Source of the DNA: Octopus bimaculoides
Lineage: Eukaryota
Direction: 5' to 3'
Assembly: GCF_001194135.2 (NCBI RefSeq)
Contig: NC_068985.1
Coordinates: 118,261,515-118,325,514, forward strand
Length of the DNA: 64,000 nt
Shown here: positions 40,801-51,340 of the stretch, one piece after another
How positions within the stretch are numbered: position 1 is the first letter of the stretch
How the letters are laid out: each line of letters begins with the position of its first letter
Notes under the pieces: model-generated
What the model was told of the DNA's origin: nothing
What the model saw: the letters and a program-made list of their open reading frames with translations, nothing else
The model's database searches: none
Translations under genes and position numbers: made by a program

Positions 40801-43800
40801 GCAATTCCTATTCACCTAAGTTTTACTACATATGGTTAAGCATGAAGCTCAAATTGCTTCATAACTATTTATGTGGCATTGTGGAAAAGGGAGGAGGAAG
40901 AGAAATTAAACTTTACTAAACAAGAATATTTGTAATTTCAGCTGTTTCTTTCACCTATTTTCTCAAGATACTACATAATATTTGTATTTTAGTAACATAC
41001 AGTATTTTAATATTTTAAAACTTCTACAAAGTCAATTACGTACTAATTTTTGCTATATCGAGTATGTTGAATGACCACACAAAAGTGATTCCTTGAGATT
41101 TTCCTTGTCTGAAGTGGGGAAAGAAAAAACACACTCAGTAATTTATATAGTCTCCATTTTAAAGCACAAAGAGTATTTGGCTATTATATTTCTTTTTTTG
41201 TTTTATTCTTAGAATCCTTGTCGAGATAAAAGACACTTGGCTATTTGGTCACCCAGAAAAGTATGCAATACCCTCCCTCATCTGATTGTTATTGGACCTC
41301 AGAAGACAGGTAAGTCTTGAAAAATGAACAACTACAGGAAATTTTAGGTATTACACTTACCTTTGAGTTCTCATATAAAGAACCATTGGTCTGTGTGTGT
41401 GATGTATATGACGTCCATATGTGTCTATATCACTTGTATAATATATAACTTCAATGGAAGAAGGCAACAAATATATAGTTTATTAAGAGGTGAAATAAGA
41501 TTGTGATGTCTTGCTTAAGATAGTTTTAAGCTTTTTAAACATGTCCAACACAATGGTAAAGACAGAAAGATTATGTGGATGCAAGCTCTGTTTTGTTTTC
41601 TCATTAATAAAGGAAGAGGTGGCAAAAAATTCCCCTAATATTTTAGTGGAATGTGGGGTCAGCTAAGGACACTTGAGTGAATGAGCTGTAAAAAAGAAAA
41701 TATTTAGCTACTCTTAGCAGTAATTTGTGTTTTATCTTTGTTTTTATTTCATCTTTCTTAAATATGTTATTGTTATAAAGTGTTCTTTATATTTGTTAAC
41801 ATCAATTATTGTAGATTGGCAGAATTATTAGAGCATCAGATAACACATCTTCTGGTATTTCTTCTGATGCCTTATATTCTGAGTTCAAATCCTCCTGAGG
41901 TCAACTTTGCTTTTCATTCATTTGCCATCATTAAAGTAGCAGTCAAAATTCTAGTGTCGGTGTTAATAACCCCTCCACCCAAAATGCTAGCTTTGTGTCT
42001 AAATTAGAAACAATTATTATTACTTTCATTATAACTGAAACGCAACCAATTTTGAACACCAAATACACGTAGATGAGGGCCTTACAATTGCCCATGGTTG
42101 CATGTGTTGTTCACACATATGATGCGGAATATGAACGTAAATAAATTAATTAAAAAGTCTCTATCTGATCTGATATAAACGAAATTGTTACAAACACATA
42201 TGGACACACATACTTACATATAAGCACGAACACATAAGTGCGTGCACACATGAGCGTGCACACATACGAGCTTGCACACACTCACATGCTCATACCAAAC
42301 AGTTTCGAAACAACGCCAGATCATACATTCAAAATAAATGGAAGTGGAGAGACAAGTTACTGAAGAGATTGCAAGAGTGCAATGAAATAATTTAACAAAA
42401 AACTATACAAAAAAACTATATAAATTAATAAAGGACTGAACCAGTGCGTGTGTTTATTACCGGCATAATGCCTCTCCCATGGTTTAATTGTACTTTTATT
42501 ATATTTTTTAGCTAATAAATGTGTGCTGTCAAAAAGCATTTTAAAAGAAGCTGAAACTGGTATTTGATAAATACATCACCATAACATACATTCGATATAC
42601 TTGATACGGAATGTTACAATAAGTCATATATTGCCAGATTAGGTTCTGATCGAAGCTTACTCAGCAAAAGTATAATTTGTCAATAATTGATACAGCATGC
42701 ATTCTAAATACGCAATAACATCATTATGACATGTCCTATGTATAATACTGTTGTAGTGAAACATACATGACAATATACATATTTTATTCAATAAACGTTT
42801 TCTCCATATACCAAAACATATTTTTGAACTTGTAAAACAATGAAGTTCAGTGAAGACTAAATATTTTTGTTTTTTCTTTTGATTAGGTACTACTGCTATT
42901 TACACATTCCTGAATATGCACCCTTCAATACGAAGCAATGTGAAACAGCCTGTCATCTTTGAAGAACTCCATTTCTTCAGTAGTGATCAGTACTACAACA
43001 AAGGATTAGATTGGTGCGTTGCCTGTTTATTATTAGTCTTCTAGCAGTGCCAAATTAGGTTACTTGTATGTAGCACCTGATCAGTCCTGACTGGGCTGAC
43101 CTATTACCAAAGAATTTCCATCTATGACTCTTTCTCATCATTGTCCAATGTGTCCTTCTTTCCCAAGGTGTTAGATATAATTTGAGACAGATTTTGTTGC
43201 TATTTCTAGCAGGTAAATCAACCATGTAGATGCACGTGATGAGATTTTACCTTTCAACCTTTCAAGGTAAAAAAAAAAAATACAAAAACAAATCCAAGGC
43301 AGTGGATTGGTGGAATTGTAAGTCAGACAGTGTAGCTTGCAGTATCTGTTCTGGCCCATTACATTCTGACAGCAGTTCCTGGTTGACACTGATGCCAAGC
43401 TACATCAACCCTAAGCGATGGCCTTTCCTTGGGCAAAATTGATGGGTGGAGAGAGGAGACTTGCAAGCTTGAGCATATCCAGTCTTTCAAAAAACTTTAA
43501 CCGAGGCTTGTGCACACAGGTACAGACAGATGGTCAACTTTTAGAGAGGTCCTTGATTTTGCATTCTAATGGAAAAACCTGTTTGCACCTCAGAATAAGC
43601 AATTATTGTTGTCATTTCTACTTAAGCAGGAAAGTTGCTGATTATTTACTCGGTAGTAACTCTGGATATGCCATTGAATTCACATTCTGTTTGATTTGCT
43701 TAATGTATCAACCAGTTCTAGTATCCCACCTCTCCTTGAAAATGAGATTACAAGTTTTAAATACCTAAATGGCTAAATAAAATACCCACAGTAAACATGG

Positions 43801-46800
43801 GATAGCTAGAATTTGAAAATTTGAGCAATGAAATTTCAACTTATCAGACATAGCTATTGTTTCTGGGTAGTATTTATGGATCCTTAAAGGAGTTTGTTTC
43901 TATGTAAGTTAATCTAGTACTGTAGTTAAAGTAAAATTATATCGTAACCAATGTTTTTTGATTTCATTTTGTATAAAGTCTATTGCAGCATACTTAGTCC
44001 CTCTGGAGCTGACATAGATCCTTCAATTTTCTAACTGTATTACTGAAAAATAAACTGAGTTATAATGCAATTATTTTAATACATGTAATTCAGTGAAGGT
44101 TTACAAAGCAAAACACTGATTGTAATGTAATTTCTAAGTTAGAAATGCAAGTTATATGATATCAGACAATAGGATTTATACAAAATGGTTTGTGGAAAAT
44201 TGTTCTCAAACTATACTGCCAAATCCAGCATATAATTTTTAATTTCAGGAATAAAAATAGATCAATATTGGGGATGGGCTTAGCTGTGATTAAGGAATTT
44301 ACTTTGCAACCATGTGGTGGTCTCAGGTTCAATCACACTCTGTGGGACCTTGGGCAGATGTCTTCTGCCAAAGCCTTGGGTTAATCAAAGCTTGGTTAGA
44401 AACATTTGTGTTGACAGAAACCATGTAGAGGCTTACTGTCTGTATGTGTGTGTCATGTCGTGTTGATGAAGGATGACAAAATATTGGTATGTTGAACAAA
44501 AAAAAAACAGCAAAATTTGGTATTTCAGCCTGCCATGGTTGTTTCCCTTTATACCTAGTAGACTATTTCAGCATTCTCTAATGTTAATAAATTACATATC
44601 AAAGTACAAAAGTCAATATAATCAGCTAAAACTATCAAATGTAGAGCTCCAACATGGCCACATAAAAAAAAAAGGTATTTATGATTTTAATTTAGATAAA
44701 TTTTTTTCTTGTTGCAGGTATATGAATGCCTTTAAACTAGATAACCCAAACCAAACAGATATAATATTCTTTGAAAAAACTGCTGCCTATTTTGATAATC
44801 CAATGGCACCAATGAGAATTGCTAGTTTAATTCCTGATGTAAAACTGGTTTTGATTCTCCTTGATCCTATTAAACGAGCATATTCTTGGTATCAGGTGAG
44901 TTAAATGAGGACCTTTTATTTTAAATGTACTGATGGCCATCAATTTATGTCACTGGCCCCTCTGAGATATTTTCTTCTAGTTTCTTTATCTTTTTATATT
45001 TAATAAATTATAAAGTCTGCACAGGTAATGTAGTGGTGGTCAATCAAATAACTGTTATCTATTTAAAAAAGAACATCTGTATACATTTAAGTAATTTTTG
45101 AAGAAGCAAGTACAGGCACGATCATGTTGATAAGAAATTACCTTCACTATGACTTGGTTTCAAGTTCAATTTCACTGCATAGCATATTGGGCAAATACCT
45201 TCTGCCTTACTCATGTGTAAACCCAAGCCCTTTCATTGATGTTGGGTAGAGATAACTCATGTGGAAGCTTGATGGATGGGTTGTACCTGTTCTTGGTTGG
45301 TTGACTTAACCTGTTGCCTGGTTTAACCACTACCTGGCCCTTAGGTACCTTTATATGAGTCCACTCTGTTTCCCTTCCTGGTCTCAGAAATCTTGCAAAA
45401 AATCATGTGTTGTCCTTCATCATCTGATTAATTTTAATGATTAATTTGTTTTATTAAATTACTGGCAGAATTATTACATAATGTAAAATACAACGTCATT
45501 CTTGTGTGGTTTTTGTCATTGTGGACTCCTTCTGATCCCTTATTTTTTTCTATATCTGTAGCATGCACGAGCCCACCAAAATCCAGCCTCTTTGAATTAT
45601 ACATTTTATGAGATAATCACAGCTGGAGAAGGAAGTCACAAAATTCAGCGAGATCTTCGGAATCGATGTCTGAATCCATCTCTGTATGCTCAACACTTAG
45701 AACGCTGGCTTGATTACTTCCATCCATCTCAGGTAAGAAGTTTTCTAGTTCCTTTTTATTAAAACATGAAACCCTTTTTTTTTGTTAATGTGGCTTGTCA
45801 TCATTATCATCCTTGCATATGTTAAGTCCTCTGTTTGGACAAATGCCACAGTCTGATGTTTTCCTCATCCATATTTGGGTACTGAAGAATTTAACAAAAT
45901 CTTTAATTTCAACTTCTGCACGGTCTTCTCCGTTTTTTCTGAACGTAGTATCCACTCTGTTAATTTGGTATTCCATTTATTGTCCTTTTTTCTAAACACC
46001 TACCTTGGACAAATAATATGCTTAAAGGATAAAAATCAGACTAGAGAAATTGAATGTTGAATTCAATTAGGATGGGCAGCCTTTGGTAAATTGAATCACA
46101 TCATGAGCAGTAATTTACTCATATGTCTAAAAAGAAAGGTTTTCAACCAGTTTGTGCTGCTTACAATTACACATGCATCAGAAACATGGACTACCAAGAA
46201 AATCAGTGAAAATAAATTAAAAGCAACACAAAGAATCATGGAAAGGAGAATGCTGAAGATTAGCAAAATGGATAAGTGGAGAAACAACAGGATAAGAGTG
46301 GCAAAAAGTTTAACGGATAATATCGGAGGAAAAAAATGTAGCTCACTCAGATAAAATAAGGGAATCAAAATTGTTTTAACTGAATACAATCTTTTGGTTG
46401 TCATCATCTTCAGTAATAGCATCAAGGTCATTGATTTTTGTTTTTTGTTTTTTTTTCTTATTTACTGAACTGTATCAATATGACTGGAATGAAGAGATGT
46501 GTAAGATATTGAAACACTTGTTGTGATTCTGCAGTTTTGGGGCTGGAACTATTTGAAAATGAGCTGCGCCTTTCATTGTGCCTTCTTGAGCATTGTATCT
46601 TGTCTGCCAACAATTTTACCATCACAATGTTTTGCGAAATTCATGTTCCCTCTCTCCCACTTACTTGCACTCTTCCAACACTAACATGTCATGGGTTTTT
46701 CCTACTGATAAATTTGAACCCAGCATTGTGAAATTGACAAGTATCTTGTCAACAAGCTTAAGTAAATATTCATCAGTTAATTAAACTTTTTATTGTGAAA

Positions 46801-49800
46801 ATCAGATATATCCTCTCAAAATTTCATTACTCGTAACTGTGGAAAGCAGTTTGATATACTGATCTATCTTTTGATGAGGAATGTCATATTCCAAACTACT
46901 TTTTTGTTGAGATATGTCAAGTTTATTGAGACAGCATGACTTGCAGACAATATCATTTCTATTTTTTGGTTGATATTCAACATCATTACTGGAATAACCA
47001 TGAAATGTAATTTTGCAGTCAAAGGTTATGTATTTGAAGTCTGTAACAATGAATTCTACCTTTTCATAGTATCTGTTTGCAAAGATGACAGTGGCACTAG
47101 AAATCATTTCCCCAGCCTTTATAAATCAGTAGATATATATTTTTATATACAACATATTATGTTGATATGTTATTTGTCATACCAACAGACAACTATCTCT
47201 ACAAAAAGTCTTTACTCTCTGTAAAGAAGTGTCAGATGTGTGTTTGTGTGTGTACGCATGCATGCATGTGTGCACACACACGCACACACATACACACTGG
47301 TTTAGTCTTGCTGAAGATACAGCATAGCTAAACAGTTAAGCAGTTTGCTTTCTGATCAAAATGTCTTCTGTTGAACCAAGCCTTGTGTATGAAATTTGGA
47401 AAACTGAAGCTGTGTGGATTATCTCTGTAATTGTGTCAAAATACACCCATTTCACTCTGTGAAGTGGCTGGTGATAAGAAGGACATCTTGCTGTGAAAAC
47501 CACGCCAAAAGTGGAAGATGCTCCTGACCCATCTTGGAAGAGAGTAACTCAAAATAAGAACTGACTCAGACCATGGTGGTCCTTATAGCTCATGCTAGCA
47601 AGGAGAGCAGACAGATAAGAACGATGATGATGATTCTGGAAAGCTAAAGCAATTAACATGAGAATATGGAAACAGGTTTTGTATCCATTTGGCATGGAAG
47701 TTACTCACTTGGAATATTAAGAGGGATAGTTATATACAAGCAGTGTTACATTCATTTTTATTCTCAAGAAAATCAGCCTTGATTGAACAAACCAATGATG
47801 AAAGGTATTCCAGTCATGACCATCATGTCTTTTGTATTTCAAGGACTATATTGTTCAGTGTGATTTGAGGGAATTGGGCAGTTATTTTTAAAGGGTCATG
47901 TTATTGTGTAGGGGTGTGCTCATTGATCTGGCCACATAGTTTGAACAGCAGAATATCAGATAAGCAGTACAAGTGAAATGAAATGGCTTTGATGGGAGAT
48001 TGAAACCATCTTGAAGTCTCACCTTATTCAGGAACTTACATTATATCCTTTATTGGTCTATAAAGGCAATCCTCTTCAAGATGTATACATTTGAATTTTC
48101 AAAAGTCTGGGGAGTTGAAAAATCTCTTAATTTCATGCACACATAAAACAAGTAGAAGCAAAAATTGAATGTATGAATTTTGGGGACTGCCTGTACCAGC
48201 ATGATCTCATTAGTGTAATCTCCACAGCAGTTTCCACAAGAAACTACCAGTTAAATTCCTTACTGTTTTATGGTGGAGCTCGTTCACTCAATATGTAAGT
48301 TAACAACCTCCACCATTGTATTACCTTGTGATGTGTAACTTTAATTTACATTGAGATTGTTGTTATACAATTGAAATTTAATATTTTATTCAGTATACAT
48401 TCAATGTTGTTGCGATTTGATAACTTCTGACAAGTAATATAAATATTAAAAAAAAGTAATTTCATTAATATATATATATTTTTTTCTCTCTCCCCAAACT
48501 TCCAGCTACTTATCCTTGATGGTCAAGAAATAAAGGACAACCCACCATTGGTTATGTCTAAAATACAGAAGTTTATTGAAGTGAAGCCTTATATTGATTT
48601 TAGAAAACTATTACGGTGAGAATTTTATATTAATTTCATTTGTTACTTAACTTTTTTAGAGATTTCCACACTCTGTGGAAGTTTATTATTTTACATATTT
48701 CTCTACTGGATGCTATTTGGGTGACTTTTTTCAAACCTTTGTCTATACAATTTGAAGGTATAGCCATGTTATTAAGAAGGTTACTTTGAAGCCATGTGGT
48801 TTCAGCTCCATTTCCATTGCATGGCTCTGTAAGCAGGTATCTTCTGTCACCTCAGAGTGACCATTACCATGTAAGTGGAATTGTAAATGGAATAAATGGA
48901 AGCTTTAGAAAGCCTGTTATGTCTGTGTTTTCCCAAAAAAACTGGTATTGTGTATGTGACCATGTCTTTGTTTACAATCTGCTATGGAAATGTTTATAGC
49001 TATTGAGCTGTTTGTTGTTCAAAGGACTGAAGGAAATTGTACCTTATTTGAAACAAAAGAGGATTGGCAACAGGAAGAGCATCTGGCCATTGACTCATGC
49101 CATCCTGGGTAAAGTTGATGTTAAAATGCTGATGGGGATTGCAGCTTGAAATTGTTTGGTATTGTAATCTAAAACAAATCTGTTTATTTTAGTTTTTTAA
49201 GTGTTATTTTAGTTTTTTAAACAACCATTAATACATCAAAAAACACGAGAGCTGTTCCTGTGTACCACATGTTTGTAAGAAAACCTCACCATTTTCAGGA
49301 ATTGAAAAGATAGATGTATCTAGTCAAGTATTTGTGTTACATATTTTTGTAGGGAAAATATTGAATTGTTAGGTTCTTATTGTAACAAAGCATGATGCAA
49401 ATAAGTTTCAATCATTCGTAACACAGTTTTGACGAAGTCCAACTGTGGCTTATAATGTATCAGGTTCATTTCTGCGTGTAGCAAAAGATGAAAATAGATG
49501 TTAAATTCATAATGATAATGACTGCAGCTGTCATGTCCAACTAGATTTTTAGAGCAAATATTTTATGAAATCTAATAATGGAAATTCTCTCTAATTAATT
49601 ATGCTGTTTAAATGTAGAAGTGAGAATACATTTTTTAAAAATACAGAAGATAATGTTACCTTAATTCTTGGTAGATGCCATTTCTCATCACTAACACGTG
49701 CGCACACACACACACACCCACACACCCACACACCTCTAATTCTTCTGGGGAAAAGTATGAATGTTGCAATTTCCATTTCTCCTTCTTAAAATATGAGTAT

Positions 49801-50320
49801 GATGTTTGTATCTAATGAAAAGAGACTAGTATTTATTGATCAAATTTCACAAATGTTTACTTTTTATTGTATTGAAATAAAACCTAAAATTTGCATGTTT
49901 TCCTGTGTCGTTTTATTCAGTTACATTATTCTGATCCCTATGGCTGTTTTGTTCTGTAAATCCATAAACTCTTGCAGTGATACAATAAATAAAGATGCTT
50001 GTGAAGCTAATAGTAACATATAAAAAAAAAACTTCTGATGAAATTGGTGACTTATAAATTTTTCTAACCTATAATTTCCTCTCTGTTGTAGTTATGATGC
50101 CAAGAAGAAGTTCTACTGTCAAGTCTTGTCAACAGATAACACCAAGTGCCTTGGACCAGGCAAGGGCAGAGTATATCCTCCTATGGAGGAATCAGCATAC
50201 AGATTCTTGAAAATGTTCTTTCGCCGACACAATGTAGCTCTATCAAAATTACTTATGAAACTAAACCAAGCCACTCCAGTACCAGCTTGGCTTAAAGAAG
50301 ATCTCCAAGAAACCTTATAG
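6864..50320 (+). CDS. NDST: Bifunctional heparan sulfate N-deacetylase/N-sulfotransferase (NDST/sulfateless ortholog), 5'-partial, 10 exons in window
   Basis: Ten exons with canonical GT-AG boundaries and matching phases join into one frame (1526 nt). Motifs: [56 protein letters not shown] (5'-PSB), [23 protein letters not shown] (3'-PB), CLGPGKGR. Confidence 0.97.
8833..9052. mobile_element. piggyBac-type MITE (family B)
   Basis: TTAA flanks (8829-8832, 9053-9056), TIR CCCTTTTGTTAC / GTAACGAAAGGG. Confidence 0.8.
10439..10750 (+). mobile_element. tRNA-derived SINE, degenerate
   Basis: Head gctgtgtggttaagagtt...ggtttcaggttcagtc, (tg)n core, 3' ggaaatattaccttgctt...ggtgacag domain shared with other copies. 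Confidence 0.65.
11106..11415 (+). repeat. GC-rich partial tandem repeat (identical 113-bp copies 11106-11218 and 11303-11415) with hammerhead-like cores
   Basis: Exact duplication across a 10-N gap. It contains CTGAAGA...GAAACCGG and CTGATGA...GAAACATG. Confidence 0.8.
14550..14839. repeat. Compound (TA/TG/TGTA) microsatellite
   Basis: Low-complexity alternating purine-pyrimidine tract that generates several spurious ORFs. Confidence 0.9.
14840..15979. repeat. Long inverted repeat (arms about 14840-15168 and 15662-15979, spacer about 490 bp)
   Basis: Arms align as reverse complements over about 320 bp, for example aaaactgatctgaaacatggagcttcatcagagtgaagaataaat versus its complement at about 15775-15820. 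Confidence 0.92.
16138..16992 (+). mobile_element. Tc1/mariner-superfamily transposon relic, DD37D (maT) family, inactivated
   Basis: [31 protein letters not shown]...[16 protein letters not shown]. There are 37 residues between D (16566-16568) and D (16678-16680) after correcting a 2-nt deletion; it has a stop and frameshifts. Confidence 0.88.
17578..18071. mobile_element. MITE-like element with about 43-bp imperfect TIRs
   Basis: atgatgctgtgacttttgtctgagagaaaatctcttcatagac (17578-17620) versus its reverse complement at 18031-18071; a third partial direct copy lies near 17900-17927. Confidence 0.65.
18588..18946. other. Assembly gap (N run); other gaps at 11219-11228, 19167-19176, 27057-27234, 63166-63239
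   Basis: N runs bordered by SINE ends or microsatellites. Confidence 1.
18990..19120 (-). mobile_element. tRNA-derived SINE head between (TG)n tracts
   Basis: Reverse complement of ggcatggctgtgtagttgaaaagttcactcccaaccatatggtttcaggttcagtcc. Confidence 0.7.
22867..22943 (+). promoter_or_regulatory. tRNA-like Pol III promoter segment inside the Penelope 3' region
   Basis: A-box-like tggtgtagtga (22873-22883), B-box-like gagttcgtttcc (22916-22927), followed by (AAT)n. Confidence 0.6.
23014..23059 (+). ncRNA. Degenerate minimal type I hammerhead ribozyme motif (Penelope pLTR type)
   Basis: GACAC-TTGATGA-aAGCTG(loop)CAGCC-GAAA-CGTT-GTGTT. Stem I is GACAC/GTGTT, stem II is GCTG/CAGC, and the palindromic AACGTT forms stem III. 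The core CTGATGA carries C>T in this copy. Confidence 0.7.
26434..26603. repeat. Diverged direct duplication of about 73 bp (26434-26506, 26532-26603)
   Basis: gttactttgttgttatg..ta..ac..gatcacataaat.tgtttg..tagg.atgtatctggttactct occurs twice. Confidence 0.85.
29411..29637. mobile_element. piggyBac-type MITE (family A), degenerate right end
   Basis: TTAA-CCCTTTAGCA start; internal homology to 213-428. Confidence 0.75.
33763..33931. repeat. Near-perfect 60-bp inverted repeat with 49-nt spacer
   Basis: Arms 33763-33822 and 33872-33931 have 2 mismatches, including a perfect 34-bp core gcaatatagaacaaaaaatggactgtatacctgt. Confidence 0.95.
35019..35204 (+). CDS. NDST: NDST exon: [62 protein letters not shown]
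   Basis: ttttcag acceptor, AAG/gtaaac donor, 186 nt, phase 0/0; near-identical NDST motif. Confidence 0.97.
37130..37399 (+). mobile_element. (GAT)n-tailed SINE/LINE-tail element
   Basis: ...ggttggtgttaggaaggg.atccagctgtagaaac...aacc.atgccagcatgg...ttaaacgacgatgatgat; same family as 52731-53163. Confidence 0.8.
37762..37890 (+). CDS. NDST: NDST exon: [43 protein letters not shown]
   Basis: cttag acceptor, AAG/gtaaac donor, 129 nt, phase 0/0. Confidence 0.97.
39068..39250 (+). CDS. NDST: NDST exon: [61 protein letters not shown]
   Basis: ttgtag acceptor, GTG/gtaagt donor, 183 nt; overlaps listed ORF 39080..39379. Confidence 0.97.
40375..40535 (-). mobile_element. (GAT)n-tailed SINE, antisense, degenerate
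   Basis: catcatcatttaatgtccatcttctatgctggcatgggttg...gctggatgcccttcctaacgccaaccac. Confidence 0.75.
41213..41309 (+). CDS. NDST: NDST exon: [32 protein letters not shown](G)
   Basis: Pyrimidine tract plus ag acceptor, ACAG/gtaagt donor, 97 nt; start of the sulfotransferase 5'-PSB loop. Confidence 0.97.
42887..43013 (+). CDS. NDST: NDST exon: (G)[41 protein letters not shown](W)
   Basis: gattag acceptor, TG/gtgcgt donor, 127 nt, phase 1/2. Confidence 0.96.
44718..44895 (+). CDS. NDST: NDST exon: [59 protein letters not shown]
   Basis: ttgcag acceptor, CAG/gtgagt donor, 178 nt, phase 2/0; within listed ORF 44473..44904. Confidence 0.97.
45562..45732 (+). CDS. NDST: NDST exon: [57 protein letters not shown]
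   Basis: ctgtag acceptor, CAG/gtaaga donor, 171 nt, phase 0/0. Confidence 0.97.
45790..46345 (-). mobile_element. RTE-clade LINE fragment with internal inversion
   Basis: Plus strand about 45995-46310: YLGQ...GWAAFGKL...[11 protein letters not shown]...SETW...QRIMERRML (RT C-terminus). Minus strand about 45790-45985: [11 protein letters not shown]...RRRP and a gat-type tail (3' end). Confidence 0.75.
48506..48615 (+). CDS. NDST: NDST exon: [36 protein letters not shown](R)
   Basis: ttccag acceptor, CG/gtgaga donor, 110 nt, phase 0/2. Confidence 0.96.
50092..50320 (+). CDS. NDST: NDST terminal exon: [75 protein letters not shown]
   Basis: ttgtag acceptor, 229 nt to TAG; Cys pair and KGR motif of the sulfotransferase C-terminus. 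Confidence 0.97.
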
Positions 50321-50861
50321 TATATATATATGTAATTTCAAAACCACACACACATACACACAAAATATTTATGTAAAAATACAATTAATATACACCTGTT
50401 TAGATTATTCATCTAACATTTAAAGAACATTCTAGTTCTTGCTTGGCAAAAAAAAAAACAAAAAAAAAAACCCAACAAAAAATCAAAACTCAAAACCCCA
50501 AAATGAATGCATTAAAAAAATTGTGTCTACAATTTCCTACTCATTAACACATCAACTCTTTTCCTTCTCTGCCTCCCAAGCATTTTGATAAAGTCAATAG
50601 GAATATGAGGATTTTATGTTGTAAGAAAATTTAAGATATTTTTAAAATTCAATTTCTATAATTAATCACATAAGCATTTATGAGAGGAACAAACCATCAT
50701 TTCTCTCTCTACTTCTCATTATATTATCATCCTTCTTCATAATTACTACAGTGATACAAGTGAATACATTCTCATGTATGGAATGCTTAATATTTGAGTA
50801 TAATTTGGTTGGTGTAAGTCTCATGCTATCAGGATTTGATGTATTTCAGCTATTCTTCTTC

Positions 50862-51182
50862 AATAAAATATTCCAGAGAGCATTATATATATATATATAT
50901 ATAATGATGTGAATATTGTATGATTTATTTGTATTCAAAAGTGTTAACATTTATTGAACAACAGGAAAAAAAAATTTTTTCCCCAAATATATGTTACATT
51001 TTTTGTTTTGGAAGGTTTAATTGTCATGGTGCTGGCCAGATTGGAACACTATGCAAGTCATTTAATCTTAATTGTAATGCTGTAAATTCCTAGAACAGCT
51101 GATAATTGCCCTCCATCGTTTTGTTGTTATATTTTTCTTTTGCATGCTGTGTGGGTTTCTTGTTAGTTGTACTGCTAATAAA
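50862..51182 (+). terminator. Candidate poly(A) signals for NDST 3' UTR (AATAAA at 50862-50867 and 51177-51182)
   Basis: AATAAA hexamers 0.5-0.9 kb after the stop. They are common by chance in AT-rich DNA and the actual site is unknown. Confidence 0.3.
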
Positions 51183-51306
51183 ATCCAAATATCATTTGAG
51201 AACTACAATTTACTGTAGGTGTTGCAGCTGAATAGTTAAGATGCTGAACTAAGTCACTTGTTTGAAAGCCAAGTATGATATGGTCTCTTTAATTAAAGTA
51301 CATTAC

Positions 51307-51340
<34 letters not shown>

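Noticed and set aside
46480-47200. Possible transposase or LINE relic (ORFs 46802..47107 and neighbours)
   Set aside because: No catalytic or structural motif was recognisable, so it cannot be supported without a homology search.
4990-50045. Other isolated CTGATGA heptamers (near 5000, 15790, 16133, 50035) as hammerheads
   Set aside because: None has a stem II followed by GAAA, and such hits are expected by chance.
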